Assembly: GCA_965222155.1 (NCBI GenBank)
Contig: CBDCTH010000004.1
Span: 480,001-544,000 of the forward strand
DNA length: 64,000 bases
Origin: Gammaproteobacteria bacterium
Lineage (GTDB): Bacteria > Pseudomonadota > Gammaproteobacteria > Eutrophobiales > Eutrophobiaceae
Direction: 5' to 3'
How positions within the stretch are numbered: position 1 is the stretch's first letter; each line of letters opens with the position of its first letter. The notes beneath the pieces are model-generated. The model searched no databases. It saw only the letters and a program-made list of their open reading frames with translations, and was not told where the DNA came from. Positions 19,003 to 29,350 of the stretch are shown one piece after another. The translations under genes were made by a program, and so were the position numbers.

Positions 19003-20295
19003 CTACTTCTGTGAGCGATACAATGCCCGGTCAAGATCGTTGATCAAATCTTCCGGGTCTTCCAGTCCGACGGACAACCTGACCAGGCCCTGAGTGATGC
19101 TGGCTTGTGTCAAGGCGTCGTCATCCATGCGGCTGTGGGTGGTTGAGGCCGGATGTATCACCAGGGATTTGGCGTCACCCACGTTTGCCAGATGGGAAAA
19201 AACCTTCAGGGACTCAATGAATTTTCGGCCTGCTTCACGCCCGCCCTTCAGTTCAAAACTGAATACCGACCCGCAACCTTTAGGCAACAGCTTTTTCGCC
19301 AGTTCGTAATCCTGGTGAGCCGGCAGTTCCGGGTAGGTGACATATTCGACGGCCTCGTTATTATCAAGACACTCCACGATTTTTCTCGTGTTGGCCACGT
19401 GTTTATCCATTCTCAGCGCGAGCGTCTCGACCCCCTGCAGGATATAAAAGGCATTACCGGGGCTCAGAGCGGCGCCGAAGTCTCGCAGCCCCTCGCGGCG
19501 CGCCCGGTGCAGGAAAGCGTCGGGACCGAAATCCTCGGCGAAATCGATGTTTAATATCCCTGCATAGGGTTCCGTAAGTGTCTTGAATTTGCCGGAGCCA
19601 TCCCAGTCGAAACGGCCGGAGTCCACGACGATGCCGCCGATGGCGACGCCGTGACCGCCGATAAACTTGGTGAGGGAATGGATGACGATATCCGCGCCGT
19701 GGTCGAAGGGTTTCAGCAGGTAAGGCGTGGTCAGTGTCGAGTCCAGCATTAACGGAATTTGCGCGTCGTGGGCTATCCCGGCAATGGTCTCAATATCGAG
19801 TACTTCACAGCGCGGATTGCCTATAGTTTCGGCATAAATCAGACGGGTTTCGGGCCGGATTGCCCGTTTGAACGCGTCAGGTTCCCGCGGGTCTACAAAG
19901 GTGGTATTGATGCCGAAACGGGGCAGGGTGTAGGTAAACAGGTTATGCGTGCCGCCGTACAGGGCATGGGATGACACGATATGGCTGCCGCCATCCATAA
20001 GCGTGCATATCGCCAGGTGGATCGCGGCCATGCCGCTTGCTGTCGCCACGGCGCCGGTGCCGCCTTCCAGTCCGGCAATGCGTTCTTCCAGTACCGCCAC
20101 GGTCGGGTTGGAGATACGCGAATACACATGTCCCGACCTGGCAAGGTCGAACATGGAAGATGCCTGATCCGTTTCTTTAAAGACAAAAGACGTGGTCTGG
20201 TAGATGGGAGCGGCGCGCGCCCCGGTTACCGGGTCGGGCCGTTGCCCGCCATGCAGGCTTATGGTATCAAAGCCTGGATATTTGAGTTTGGACAT
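19003..20295 (-). CDS. metY: O-acetylhomoserine aminocarboxypropyltransferase / sulfhydrylase
   Basis: YSRISNPT, HSLTKFIGGHG (PLP lysine), HLANVGDAKSL, HPASTTH motifs. Confidence 0.85.
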   Translation of the reverse strand: MSKLKYPGFDTISLHGGQRPDPVTGARAAPIYQTTSFVFKETDQASSMFDLARSGHVYSRISNPTVAVLEERIAGLEGGTGAVATASGMAAIHLAICTLMDGGSHIVSSHALYGGTHNLFTYTLPRFGINTTFVDPREPDAFKRAIRPETRLIYAETIGNPRCEVLDIETIAGIAHDAQIPLMLDSTLTTPYLLKPFDHGADIVIHSLTKFIGGHGVAIGGIVVDSGRFDWDGSGKFKTLTEPYAGILNIDFAEDFGPDAFLHRARREGLRDFGAALSPGNAFYILQGVETLALRMDKHVANTRKIVECLDNNEAVEYVTYPELPAHQDYELAKKLLPKGCGSVFSFELKGGREAGRKFIESLKVFSHLANVGDAKSLVIHPASTTHSRMDDDALTQASITQGLVRLSVGLEDPEDLINDLDRALYRSQK

Positions 20296-20347
20296 GTTAT
20301 ATCCTTGCAACCTGTGATTATATTGAAGATTGATAAACAGAACAGAT

Positions 20348-20671
20348 ATGGCTGAAGAAGATATTATCACAACGACAATTCGCTGGCTTGAAGAAGGCCG
20401 CCAGGTCGCCCTGGCTACCGTGATTGAAACCTGGGGTTCGGCGCCGTGTCCCAGCGGCAGTCAACTGGTGGTGGACGCGCAAACCAACTTTATCGGCTCA
20501 GTTTCCGGTGGCTGTGTGGAAACTGCCGTCATCGGTGAGGCGCAGGAAGTCATAAAAACCGGACAGCCGCGTATGCTGGAATACGGCGTGACCAATGAGA
20601 TGGCCTGGGAGGTTGGGCTGGCCTGCGGCGGGCGGATCAAGGTGTACGTAGAACCCATAGTTCAGGCTTGA
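20348..20671 (+). CDS. XdhC/CoxI family protein, N-terminal module
   Basis: TWGSAP, GSVSGGCVE, VGLACGG motifs. Confidence 0.85.
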   Translation: MAEEDIITTTIRWLEEGRQVALATVIETWGSAPCPSGSQLVVDAQTNFIGSVSGGCVETAVIGEAQEVIKTGQPRMLEYGVTNEMAWEVGLACGGRIKVYVEPIVQA

Positions 20672-20675
20672 CGGC

Positions 20676-21362
20676 ATGCGTACATCAGTACTGCAACAGA
20701 TCAATGCCTGTGGTTCGGCAAACAGGCCCTGCGTGTTGATCAGGAACCTGGATAGCCATGACAGTTTCGTGCTGGAACCCGGTCTGCACGTGGATGAAGG
20801 GGAGGCGGAACTGCACGAGCTTGCCATGCAGGCCCTGGCTGCAGACCAGTGTTTTCAGCGCAATCTCTACGGGCAGGATTATTTTATCCAGCCGTTCAAC
20901 ACTGCGCTGCGCCTGATCATCATCGGCGCCGTGCATGTAGGTCAATACCTTGCAAATTACGCGTTGTCCTGCGGCTATAACGTAATCGTGGTTGATCCCA
21001 GGCAGGCATTCGCCAGTGAGGCCCGCTTTCCCGGGGTGACGCTGAACAGGGACTGGCCCGATTTTGCCCTGGAGACGTTGGCGCCGGATACGCGCACCGC
21101 CCTGGTTACCCTGACCCATGATCCGAAGCTGGATGATCCGGCCCTGCAGGTGGTCCTGCGTTCCGATGCCTTTTATATCGGCGCATTGGGCAGCAGAAAG
21201 ACCCAGGCCGCCAGGGTCAAACGGTTGGAACAGGCCGGGTTCAGTGAGGCTGAGATTGCCCGCCTCAAGGCGCCGGTCGGTCTTGACATAGGCGCCCGCT
21301 CACCTGCCGAAATCGCTGTTTCCATCATGGCCGAGATCACGGCCACGTTGCGTAATTCCTGA
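20676..21362 (+). CDS. XdhC family protein, Rossmann module
   Basis: IIGAVH, THDPKLDD, YIGALGSR, PVGLDIGA..PAEIAVS motifs. Confidence 0.85.
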   Translation: MRTSVLQQINACGSANRPCVLIRNLDSHDSFVLEPGLHVDEGEAELHELAMQALAADQCFQRNLYGQDYFIQPFNTALRLIIIGAVHVGQYLANYALSCGYNVIVVDPRQAFASEARFPGVTLNRDWPDFALETLAPDTRTALVTLTHDPKLDDPALQVVLRSDAFYIGALGSRKTQAARVKRLEQAGFSEAEIARLKAPVGLDIGARSPAEIAVSIMAEITATLRNS

Positions 21363-21394
21363 GGGAAGTCCACGGGAAGTACGCCGTTGTCGGA

Positions 21395-21501
21395 AACAGG
21401 TCCGGGTGGGCTTTTTTGGACTATCATCCGCAGGGACAGCGGATGGTAAGCGTACAGGGATGTATTCACAGCGAGTCCAAAAAAGCCCACCCGGACCTGT
21501 T
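21395..21501 (+). repeat. Family F element: 51-bp core inside perfect 28-bp inverted arms
   Basis: aacaggtccgggtgggcttttttggact / agtccaaaaaagcccacccggacctgtt. Confidence 0.85.
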
Positions 21502-21576
21502 GTTGCAGGCTCCACCGGGAGCAGATTGGGACACCCACAGGCGCCCACCCAGACCTGTTTTCATATCTCCTTAGCC

Positions 21577-22917
21577 TTATACTTTATGTTTTCTGATCAG
21601 TCGGTTGGTATAAAACAGCAGCAGCAGGGCTGTTGCAAGACTGCCGGCGATGGCGGCGATGCCGGCGCCGACCAGGCCGATTTCCTCTAATAGCAGGACC
21701 AGGACCGATATGTGCAGGATGGTCGTGAATATCCTGACATTCATGGAGATATCGGGGCGGCCTATCGAATACAGGGCCGGGTCCAGGGCGAACGTGGTCA
21801 TCGTGACGGCTGCTCCGAACATGAGCAGGAGCAGAACATCATAGGCATGGATGAACTCTGCGCCGAAGAACAGGCTGAGCAGGGATTGCCCGAACAGGAA
21901 AATCAGCAGCAGGATTACGCCGGCGAGGGCTCCCGCAACCAGCACCGAGTGAGTGATGATCTTCCACAGACGCGGGTAATTCTTATTGACCGCGATTTTT
22001 GCCATTTCCGGGTAAACCGTTTCGTTAAATAATTGTGCGGGCTTAAGCAACACGGCCGAGGTTTCCTGGGCAATCTTGAAAAGACCGGCGCCAACCGGCC
22101 CCATCAGGAAACCGACGATAAGGGTCGCGATGTGTACGGTTGAAGTGTACAAGGTTCGATGGACATGCGAAGTTCCGATGAATGACAGGATTCCTTTATG
22201 AGGCCGGGTCAGGTGTCTGAGCTCGAGGTTCATACCTTTGCTGAAGCCCCTGTGCCCGAATTCGCGCCAGCCGAAATAAACGATGCCGAGACACTGAGCA
22301 GCGCCGGCGATAAACCAGAAGAACAGGAATGCGCTGATGTCCCGGTAAAACAAGTATGCGGCACAGGCGCCGATCAAGCGGATCGTCGGAACGACCATCA
22401 GCATCAGGGCTATCAGGTCGAAACGGTTAAACAGGCGCAGCAGGCCCTGGGGCGTTGCCTTGAAGTTGAACAGGATCATCAGGCAGTAAATGGTTGCCGC
22501 AGGAATTAGCTCCGGCGTTACGCCGAACCAGGGTCCGACTACGGAAACGGCGAGGATACCTGTCAGTGCGCCGACGCCACAAAAGCCGATGTCGAGCAGC
22601 ATGGTAAATTTGATCAGTTTCTGAAAATCCTCCCGGGCATTGCTCTCCAGGCAGATAGCGCCGTACCTGACTACGCACTGTGAGGTCTTCAGCGCGACAA
22701 AATCCCGGACTGCGACAGTGTATGCGTGGATGAGAATAAGTATGCCGAAATTGTGCGCACCCAGGGCGCGGGTGGCAAGTGCAAGGTAGATCAATCCGAC
22801 CAGCACGGTATACACCTTGCCCGCGGTCAGCATGGCGGAATTCCTGAAAACCCGGCGGAACAGGCCGTCAGCCGCTAATTGCTTAGCCCCGGAAAACACA
22901 GAGAATTTTAGCCACAC
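21577..22917 (-). CDS. MOP/Wzx-like flippase (polysaccharide biosynthesis family); start uncertain
   Basis: About 12 hydrophobic segments, RALGAHNFG, PVGAGLFKIA; downstream of spt. Confidence 0.75.
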   Translation of the reverse strand: MWLKFSVFSGAKQLAADGLFRRVFRNSAMLTAGKVYTVLVGLIYLALATRALGAHNFGILILIHAYTVAVRDFVALKTSQCVVRYGAICLESNAREDFQKLIKFTMLLDIGFCGVGALTGILAVSVVGPWFGVTPELIPAATIYCLMILFNFKATPQGLLRLFNRFDLIALMLMVVPTIRLIGACAAYLFYRDISAFLFFWFIAGAAQCLGIVYFGWREFGHRGFSKGMNLELRHLTRPHKGILSFIGTSHVHRTLYTSTVHIATLIVGFLMGPVGAGLFKIAQETSAVLLKPAQLFNETVYPEMAKIAVNKNYPRLWKIITHSVLVAGALAGVILLLIFLFGQSLLSLFFGAEFIHAYDVLLLLMFGAAVTMTTFALDPALYSIGRPDISMNVRIFTTILHISVLVLLLEEIGLVGAGIAAIAGSLATALLLLFYTNRLIRKHKV

Positions 22918-22985
22918 AGGACACAGAGATCACAGAGTGTATCGAGAAGGCTGGCGGGTCTGTCTTTTTCTGTGTCCTCTGTGGC
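22911..22985. repeat. 9-mer CACAGAG-type inverted repeat element
   Basis: gccacacaggacacagagatcacagag ... tctgtgtcctctgtggc. Confidence 0.7.
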
Positions 22986-23016
22986 CGATTATAATAGCCC
23001 AAACCTGCCTCCATCA

Positions 23017-24198
23017 TCACACGGTTGCGGACAACGCGCTAAACGCCTGGCATATTTTTTCTATTTGTTCATCGGTATGGGCTGCGCTGACGCTGATGCG
23101 TACCAGTGATTTGCCTCCGGGTGTTGCCGGCGGGAAGATCAGGTTCACATAGACGCCGTGCTCGTACAGGCCGCGCCATAATGCCAGTGCCTGTTCGCGG
23201 GTATCCAGCAGCGCCGCGATCACCGGGCAGGGTTCAGGTCCCAGTTCATAACCCGCGTTTTGCAGGTGATTGTACAGGCGCCGGGCATGTCGCCAGAGCG
23301 TCGCACGCAGATCGGCGCCCATTTCCACCCGCTTCAGCGCCTCACGGGTGGATGCTATCACCGATGGGACGGGAGACGCCGTGAAAATATAAGGTCTGCT
23401 GGCATAGCGTATGAAGTCGAGTTGCGGGTGATTGCTGACACAGTAGCCGCCCGTGCTGGCCAGGCTTTTGCTGAAGGTGCCGACAATAAAATCTGCGTCA
23501 TTGATAACGCCGGCTTCTTCAACCAGTCCTCTCCCTTTTGCCCCCAGCACCCCCAGGGAATGTGCTTCATCAACCAGTAAAAGTGCGCCGTAGGTGTTTT
23601 TGACGTCAATTATTTCCCGAATCCGTGCCTTGTCCCCCAACATGCTGTATATACCCTCGATGATCACCAGGGCGTTCGCGGCGCGCTCCCCCAATCGTCT
23701 CAGTCGTTTATTCAGGTCGTCAGGATTGTTATGTCGAAAGCGGATGATTTCGGCTCCACTCAACTGGCAACCGTCATAAATACTGGCATGGCTGTCGGCG
23801 TCTATCACGATAGTATCTTCATTATTCGCCAGACCGGAGATCACGGCCAGGTTTGCCTGGTAGCCGGTGGTGAATACGATGGCCCGCGCGCATCCGTAGA
23901 ACGCGGCTATTTCTTTTTCCAGGGAGCGGTGCCCCGAGAAACTGCCATTAGCCATTCTTGAGCCGGTTGTCCCTGTGCCCTGTTCGTCAATTGCCGCATG
24001 GGCCGCATCCAGGCATTTTTCGTCGAAGGTGAGTCCCAGGTAATTGTTGGTGCCGGCCAGGATCGTCCTCTTGCCGTTTATGCGCGCCTCCGTCGGAGAG
24101 TAGATTTCTTCGATAGGCGCGCCGAAGGGATCAACTCCCTCTCCAAGCAGGGCGTTGCGGTCGTGCGCCAATGACTGGAATTTGGCAAACAGGCTCAT
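23017..24198 (-). CDS. spt: Serine palmitoyltransferase (alpha-oxoamine synthase)
   Basis: GTNNYLGLT, GTGTTGSRMANG, DEAHS, GTFSKS, ASRPYIFTAS; coupled to an ACP. Confidence 0.9.
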   Translation of the reverse strand: MSLFAKFQSLAHDRNALLGEGVDPFGAPIEEIYSPTEARINGKRTILAGTNNYLGLTFDEKCLDAAHAAIDEQGTGTTGSRMANGSFSGHRSLEKEIAAFYGCARAIVFTTGYQANLAVISGLANNEDTIVIDADSHASIYDGCQLSGAEIIRFRHNNPDDLNKRLRRLGERAANALVIIEGIYSMLGDKARIREIIDVKNTYGALLLVDEAHSLGVLGAKGRGLVEEAGVINDADFIVGTFSKSLASTGGYCVSNHPQLDFIRYASRPYIFTASPVPSVIASTREALKRVEMGADLRATLWRHARRLYNHLQNAGYELGPEPCPVIAALLDTREQALALWRGLYEHGVYVNLIFPPATPGGKSLVRISVSAAHTDEQIEKICQAFSALSATV

Positions 24199-24446
24199 GC
24201 TGAATTGATCACGGAGTGGATTTTCCCGGCCAGGTCCTTAACGGTACGCACGTCCGCGAGCAGGTTTACCGGCATGCTTATATCGAATTCGTCTTCAATA
24301 TCCAGTAACAGGTCCAGGACCTTGAACGAATCCAGCCCCAGTTCCGTGACCAGGTCGGAAGCCTCATGCAGTTCAACGTCCGGCGCAGTGAGCCCGGATA
24401 GCTCAGTTATAACTTTTGTCAGTATTTCCTCATAAGTGGCCGGCAT
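24195..24446 (-). CDS. Acyl carrier protein
   Basis: LGLDSFKV phosphopantetheine site, IEDEFDI. Confidence 0.9.
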   Translation of the reverse strand: MPATYEEILTKVITELSGLTAPDVELHEASDLVTELGLDSFKVLDLLLDIEDEFDISMPVNLLADVRTVKDLAGKIHSVINSA

Positions 24447-24495
24447 ATGCTGCTCTCCAAGTTCAGGACACGGTTTGGTACGTTCACCGGGGGGT

Positions 24496-24596
24496 GGGTT
24501 CATGTAAGCCTTTCAGGACTCGTTGTGAATACATCCATGTACGCTTACCATCCGCTATCCCTGCGGATGATAGTCCTGAAAGGCTTACATGAACCC
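24496..24596 (-). repeat. Family F element copy 2: same 51-bp core inside perfect 25-bp arms
   Basis: gggttcatgtaagcctttcaggact / agtcctgaaaggcttacatgaaccc. Confidence 0.85.
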
Positions 24597-24607
24597 TTGT
24601 TACGCTA

Positions 24608-25516
24608 TTATACAACCGAGTCAATGGTATCGGATAATCTTACTGTTGGCCGCCATCCCAGATGGTTCGTCAAGGGCGTATTATCGCATACCCAGTCCTC
24701 GTGGGTAATCTCATTGATTTTATTCGGGGTCAGCATGGCCGGATAACGAAAGACCCTGGCCAGCAGGAGATTAATGTGGCTGAAAGCCTTTAATAGTTGA
24801 ACAGGAACCTGGATGTGTGTTATCGGGCGCTTCCAGGTGTCTTGTCCGATCGCTATGAAATCTCCCCACCGGTACCCGCCGCTGGCGCCGTCGTCCAACT
24901 CGAACAGGCCGCCGGCTTCTTTTGCCGTTAACCATTTCAGGATGGCGTCTACCAGGTCATTAACGTGGATCAGGCTGATCCTGGCGTTGGGTGTTCCCGG
25001 CGTCAGCAAAAAACCATAACGCATCAGCCGCAACAGGGGCTGCATTTCCTTGTCTCCGGGGCCGTAAATTGCCGTCGGGCGGTAAATTGTCCGGGATAAT
25101 CCGCTATACCTGTCCGACATCAGCAGCGCTTCCGCCATCGATTTGCTGCGTGAATACCAGGAATAGTCCGGATATCTGGCGGCGACCGATGAAATTAACA
25201 GAAACCTGGGCGGGGGCTTTATTCTAAGGGTTGCAGCCAGCAGGTTTTCAGTTCCCTTGAGGTTGACTTCCAGGAAGTCTTCCAGTGAATTGCCCCTGAC
25301 CGTGCCGGCGCAATGTATGACGGAAGTGCATCCCTCGACCAGTTCATCCAGTGCGGGCTGGTTGTTCAGGTCGCCGTTAACCCAGGATACAAACCCGTGG
25401 TCGGTCTGGTAGCGGCGTGTCAATGCCCGGGTCGGATAGTCTGACTTGTCAAGTGCGGCGAGAAGATTCCTTCCAACAAAGCCTGTGGCTCCCGTCAGCG
25501 CCACTTGCTCCTTCAT
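24608..25516 (-). CDS. NAD-dependent epimerase/reductase, probable ceramide reductase (CerR-like)
   Basis: TGATGFVG, YSRSK; position between the acyl ligase and acp-spt. Confidence 0.75.
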   Translation of the reverse strand: MKEQVALTGATGFVGRNLLAALDKSDYPTRALTRRYQTDHGFVSWVNGDLNNQPALDELVEGCTSVIHCAGTVRGNSLEDFLEVNLKGTENLLAATLRIKPPPRFLLISSVAARYPDYSWYSRSKSMAEALLMSDRYSGLSRTIYRPTAIYGPGDKEMQPLLRLMRYGFLLTPGTPNARISLIHVNDLVDAILKWLTAKEAGGLFELDDGASGGYRWGDFIAIGQDTWKRPITHIQVPVQLLKAFSHINLLLARVFRYPAMLTPNKINEITHEDWVCDNTPLTNHLGWRPTVRLSDTIDSVV

Positions 25517-25542
25517 AACAGTTCTGATTTCTCAGATATGTC

Positions 25543-27294
25543 TTATCCTGCTTCGGCTTGTGAAGTGATCGCCTGTTTCAGGTCTACTCTTTCGATGAAG
25601 CCTTTACGCGCGGCGACGCGGGATAATTTACCCGATGATGTGCGCGGCAAGGTACGCGGCGGTACCAGGTCCACGTAGCAGTAAATGCCAAAACCCTCGT
25701 ACACATTTCTCTGCAGTTGCTTGATCAACGATTGCCTGGCCGTGGATTCGGTGAGACGGCATTCAACCACCAGTACGACGATCTGTTGATCATCGTCGAC
25801 CTCGATATCAAATGCCGATGATTCGCCCATTCTGATCTCGTCCAGCCCTTCTGCTATCTCTTCAAGGTCCTGGGCGCGGATATTCCTGCCGTTTACGATG
25901 ATGATGTCTTTACGCCGTCCCGTCAGGTAGAGGTTGTGCTCAAACTGGAAGCCCAGGTCACCGGTATCCAGCCAGCCGTCTTCAAGGATCACCTGGTCGG
26001 TTGATTCCTGATCGTTCAGGTAACCGTTCATCAGGCTGGGGCCTTTTACCATTACTCTGCCGACGCGCAGGTCAGGCAATATATCCCCGGCGTTATCAAC
26101 AATCCTGATCTCGTGGTCGGGCAGGGCGCGGCCACAATTAACGACTTCATTCACTTTGCGATTATCCGACTTGACGCGCACGGCAATGCCGCGTTCAGCC
26201 ATGGTCAGTGCGTCCACCGACATAACGTCCAGACCGCGGTTCAATTCCGAGAAGGTAGCGGCAAGGGAGGCCTCAGCCAGTCCGTAACAGGGCAGGAAGG
26301 CATTGGAGTTGAACCCGGTTTGCGCCATTGTCTCCGCAAAAGCCTCAAATGTGCTGGAGCGCAACATCTCTGCGCCGATACCGGCAATACGCCAGCAGCT
26401 CAGGTCAAGCTGTTGCAGGTCTGCGCTGCGAATTCTACGGGTGCACAGCTCGTAACCGAATGGCGGCGAGAAGGCAATAGTGCAGCGGTTCCTGCTGATT
26501 AGACGCAGCCATTGCAAGGGGCGAATGGCAAAATCCCGTGTGCGCAGGTAATCTACCGACAACTGGGAGGCGATGGGGCCCAAAACGAAGCCGACCAGAC
26601 CCATGTCATGATAGAACGGCAACCAGGATGCGCAACGATCACCGTTGTGTACTTTTAATCCGCTTCTTACGATTCCCTGCAGATTGCTCATTACCGCCTT
26701 TCCGGTAATGATGACGCCCTGTGGGGAGCGGGTGCTGCCGGAAGTAAACTGCAGGTAGGCCGGTTCTTCAGGTCTGCTTGGCTCAAGGGAACGCTGTGAA
26801 GGAGCAATGTCAGACAGTTGGTCCGGTGTGCCTATCCATTCAAGGTCCTTGTTGTCGACGGCGGCTTCTTCCAGAAAGCTGATAAATTCTTTATGCGCTA
26901 TGGCTACTTTTGCCTTGCCGCTGGTCAACAAACCCTTGAGTTGTTGAACATAAACCGCATGGCTGCCGAGATTCAGGGGGATCGGCATGGCGAACGGCAC
27001 AAGTCCGATATACTGACAGGCAAAGAATAGAACGATGAAATCGGGGTGAGTATCAGCTACCAGAGCAATATGATCACCGCGTTTCAGATCCAGACTGAGA
27101 AGACGCCGAGCCGCGAACTTAGCCTGTTGCTGTAGTTCACTGTAGGGCAAAACGACGCTAAGGTTGCCTTTTGCATCGTAAAAATTAGATCCGGTAACAC
27201 CTGCGGCTGCGTAGTCCAGCGCTTCAGACAAACACGAGAAACCGGCAAAATTTTGCGTCAGTGTATTATCAGTGATCGTCGTTTCTCGGTTCAC
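25543..27294 (-). CDS. Fatty acyl-AMP ligase
   Basis: YLQFTSGSTRSP, SWLPFYHDMGL, CYGLAE, DTGDLG, LPRTSSGK motifs. Confidence 0.9.
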   Translation of the reverse strand: MNRETTITDNTLTQNFAGFSCLSEALDYAAAGVTGSNFYDAKGNLSVVLPYSELQQQAKFAARRLLSLDLKRGDHIALVADTHPDFIVLFFACQYIGLVPFAMPIPLNLGSHAVYVQQLKGLLTSGKAKVAIAHKEFISFLEEAAVDNKDLEWIGTPDQLSDIAPSQRSLEPSRPEEPAYLQFTSGSTRSPQGVIITGKAVMSNLQGIVRSGLKVHNGDRCASWLPFYHDMGLVGFVLGPIASQLSVDYLRTRDFAIRPLQWLRLISRNRCTIAFSPPFGYELCTRRIRSADLQQLDLSCWRIAGIGAEMLRSSTFEAFAETMAQTGFNSNAFLPCYGLAEASLAATFSELNRGLDVMSVDALTMAERGIAVRVKSDNRKVNEVVNCGRALPDHEIRIVDNAGDILPDLRVGRVMVKGPSLMNGYLNDQESTDQVILEDGWLDTGDLGFQFEHNLYLTGRRKDIIIVNGRNIRAQDLEEIAEGLDEIRMGESSAFDIEVDDDQQIVVLVVECRLTESTARQSLIKQLQRNVYEGFGIYCYVDLVPPRTLPRTSSGKLSRVAARKGFIERVDLKQAITSQAEAG

Positions 27295-27519
27295 GATGAA
27301 TAAACCCCCGTCTCGTTCTTTTTTGTGCCTGTTGACAACGACAGATTTATTTTTGACCTATAACAAAGTCCTTCCGCAAGCATAGGATACCTAACCTGTT
27401 ATTTTCAAATACGAATTATAATCATAAAACACGCCCATTGTATATCTTTACAAAGGCTAAGGCGATAAATATTACACAACCTGAAGAAAACTTCCATCTT
27501 TTTTTTAAATGTACTTTAC

Positions 27520-27978
27520 TCAGGCCGGCCACAATGACCTGAGTTCATCCCGTAGTTGATTAAAGACCGTGCCGTCAATCTGGTTATCGATCCCCAGATT
27601 CGGTGGTCCGGGCCAGGCAGAATCGGAGAATTCCGCCCCCGCATAATGACGTTTTGCCGCATAACGTGGTATCACGTGAAAATGGACGTGAGGATCAACC
27701 ATCATCAACATCAGGTAGTTCAGTTTATCATAATGAAAAAGATGCGATAATACCGTGTCAATATCATGTGTGACCTGGGCCAGTTCGGTAAAACCGGCCT
27801 GGCTGAGCTGCGAAAATGCCGTTACCGGTCCGCGGGCAACCAGTACCAGGGCGCCGAGTGTTACTTGAGCGGGGCGCAACAATACCGACCAGGTGGAATA
27901 AGTATGGATACTTGTTTCAGGCGCCCCGAATTTCAACATCGTATCGTTCAGGGTGTTAAAAGACATATCCGGTATCAC
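27520..27978 (-). CDS. HIT family hydrolase
   Basis: HVHFH triad, LMLMMVDP. Confidence 0.9.
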   Translation of the reverse strand: MIPDMSFNTLNDTMLKFGAPETSIHTYSTWSVLLRPAQVTLGALVLVARGPVTAFSQLSQAGFTELAQVTHDIDTVLSHLFHYDKLNYLMLMMVDPHVHFHVIPRYAAKRHYAGAEFSDSAWPGPPNLGIDNQIDGTVFNQLRDELRSLWPA

Positions 27979-28066
27979 CGATCAATATGATAAGGCTTTG
28001 TATACTATACGATGACAGACAAGAGATCAAAGTTCTTTTCGGGGATGAAGCAATATTCGATATCCA

Positions 28067-28168
28067 GGTTTTGGGGACTGTTTGCCCGTTCCGAGGGCCA
28101 TCCCCCCTGCTTACGACATGCAGGGGCAGGCTCTGGCGCTAGTCACGAACAAACAGCCCCCAAAACCC
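28067..28168. repeat. Family E element copy 2 with one nested C insert
   Basis: ggttttggggactgttt ... aaacagcccccaaaaccc. Confidence 0.8.
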
Positions 28169-28203
28169 ATCATAAGTGAAATTAACGGGAGTCGCTGTCG
28201 AGA

Positions 28204-29346
28204 ATGAAGCGGAAGCTGACTGACGAGATCCGGGTGACGCCGGTGAGTAACTGGCGCCAGTTGAATGCGTTTATTCGCCTGCCCTGGCGCCTGTACGCGC
28301 AGGACCCCCTGTGGGTGCCGCCATTGAAACTTGAACGCAGGTTGCATTTCTCCTCCCTGAACCCTTATTTTGCCCATGGCCGCTGGCAGGGCTGGATTGC
28401 CTGGCAGGGGGACCGGCCGGTAGGCCGTATCAGCGCCCAGGTTGATGAATTGCACCGCCGCCACTATGGCGAGAAATCCGGCCATTTCGGTTTTCTGGAG
28501 TGTGAAAACAACCCGGATGTGATGCGCGCGCTGGTAGCGGAAAGCGAGCGGTGGCTGGCGCAATATCAGACCGAAGTGATTACCGGCCCTTTCAATTTTT
28601 CCATCAACCAGGAATGCGGCCTGCTGGTGGACGGTTTCGATACCCCGCCGGTGATAATGATGCCCCATAATCATCGCTGGTACGCTGAACTGCTTGAACA
28701 GCAGGGCTATTCTGCCGCAAAAGACATGTATGCCTATTGGATTAACCCCAACTTTGCCATTCCGCGGGTCATGCAGACCTTCGTGGACAAGTTTGGCAAG
28801 TCGGTCAGGTTGAGGGGATTAAACCGGAAGAAATTCAAGCAGGAACTGGAGACCTTGCGGGATATTTTTAATGATGCCTGGTCCGATAACTGGGGTTTCG
28901 TCCCGTTCACCAGGGAGGAATTCGCCGAACTGGGAACCAGTTTACGGTTATTCGTACCGGATAATTTCATCCGTATTGCGGAGTACCAGGGGGAGCCGGT
29001 TGCGTTTATCGCCGCCCTGCCCAACCTGAATGAAGTTCTGCGGGACCTGGACGGCACTTTATTCCCGTCGGGTCTGTTTAAAATTATCCAGGCGTTGCGC
29101 AAGCGCCGCATCAGGACGGGCAGGGTCCCGTTAATGGGGGTCAGGAAGGAATTGCAGAATACCCCATTGGGAATTGCCTTGGCGTTTCTTATTATACATG
29201 AGATCAGACGGTCGATTATCGACAGGGGGATAGAGGGCGTGGAAATGTCCTGGATACTGGAGGACAACCAGGGGATGCGCAGCATCCTGGAAAGGCTTGG
29301 CAGCAAGCTGTACAAGACTTACCGGATCTACCGGAAGCAGTTGTAA
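28204..29346 (+). CDS. GNAT-fold acyltransferase, probable bacterial ceramide synthase (bCerS-like)
   Basis: WVPPL, GRISA, GPFNFSINQECGLLVDGF, FNDAWSDNWGF, SWILEDN motifs; in the spt cluster. Confidence 0.8.
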   Translation: MKRKLTDEIRVTPVSNWRQLNAFIRLPWRLYAQDPLWVPPLKLERRLHFSSLNPYFAHGRWQGWIAWQGDRPVGRISAQVDELHRRHYGEKSGHFGFLECENNPDVMRALVAESERWLAQYQTEVITGPFNFSINQECGLLVDGFDTPPVIMMPHNHRWYAELLEQQGYSAAKDMYAYWINPNFAIPRVMQTFVDKFGKSVRLRGLNRKKFKQELETLRDIFNDAWSDNWGFVPFTREEFAELGTSLRLFVPDNFIRIAEYQGEPVAFIAALPNLNEVLRDLDGTLFPSGLFKIIQALRKRRIRTGRVPLMGVRKELQNTPLGIALAFLIIHEIRRSIIDRGIEGVEMSWILEDNQGMRSILERLGSKLYKTYRIYRKQL

Positions 29347-29350
29347 CGTT

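Noticed and set aside
23017-24198. Biotin synthesis BioF
   Set aside because: Motifs and the ACP/FAAL/GNAT/LptFG context fit serine palmitoyltransferase better; no other bio genes nearby
24447-24503. N-terminal extension of the ACP
   Set aside because: Starts inside an F-element arm; a better start with an upstream GGAG exists at 24446
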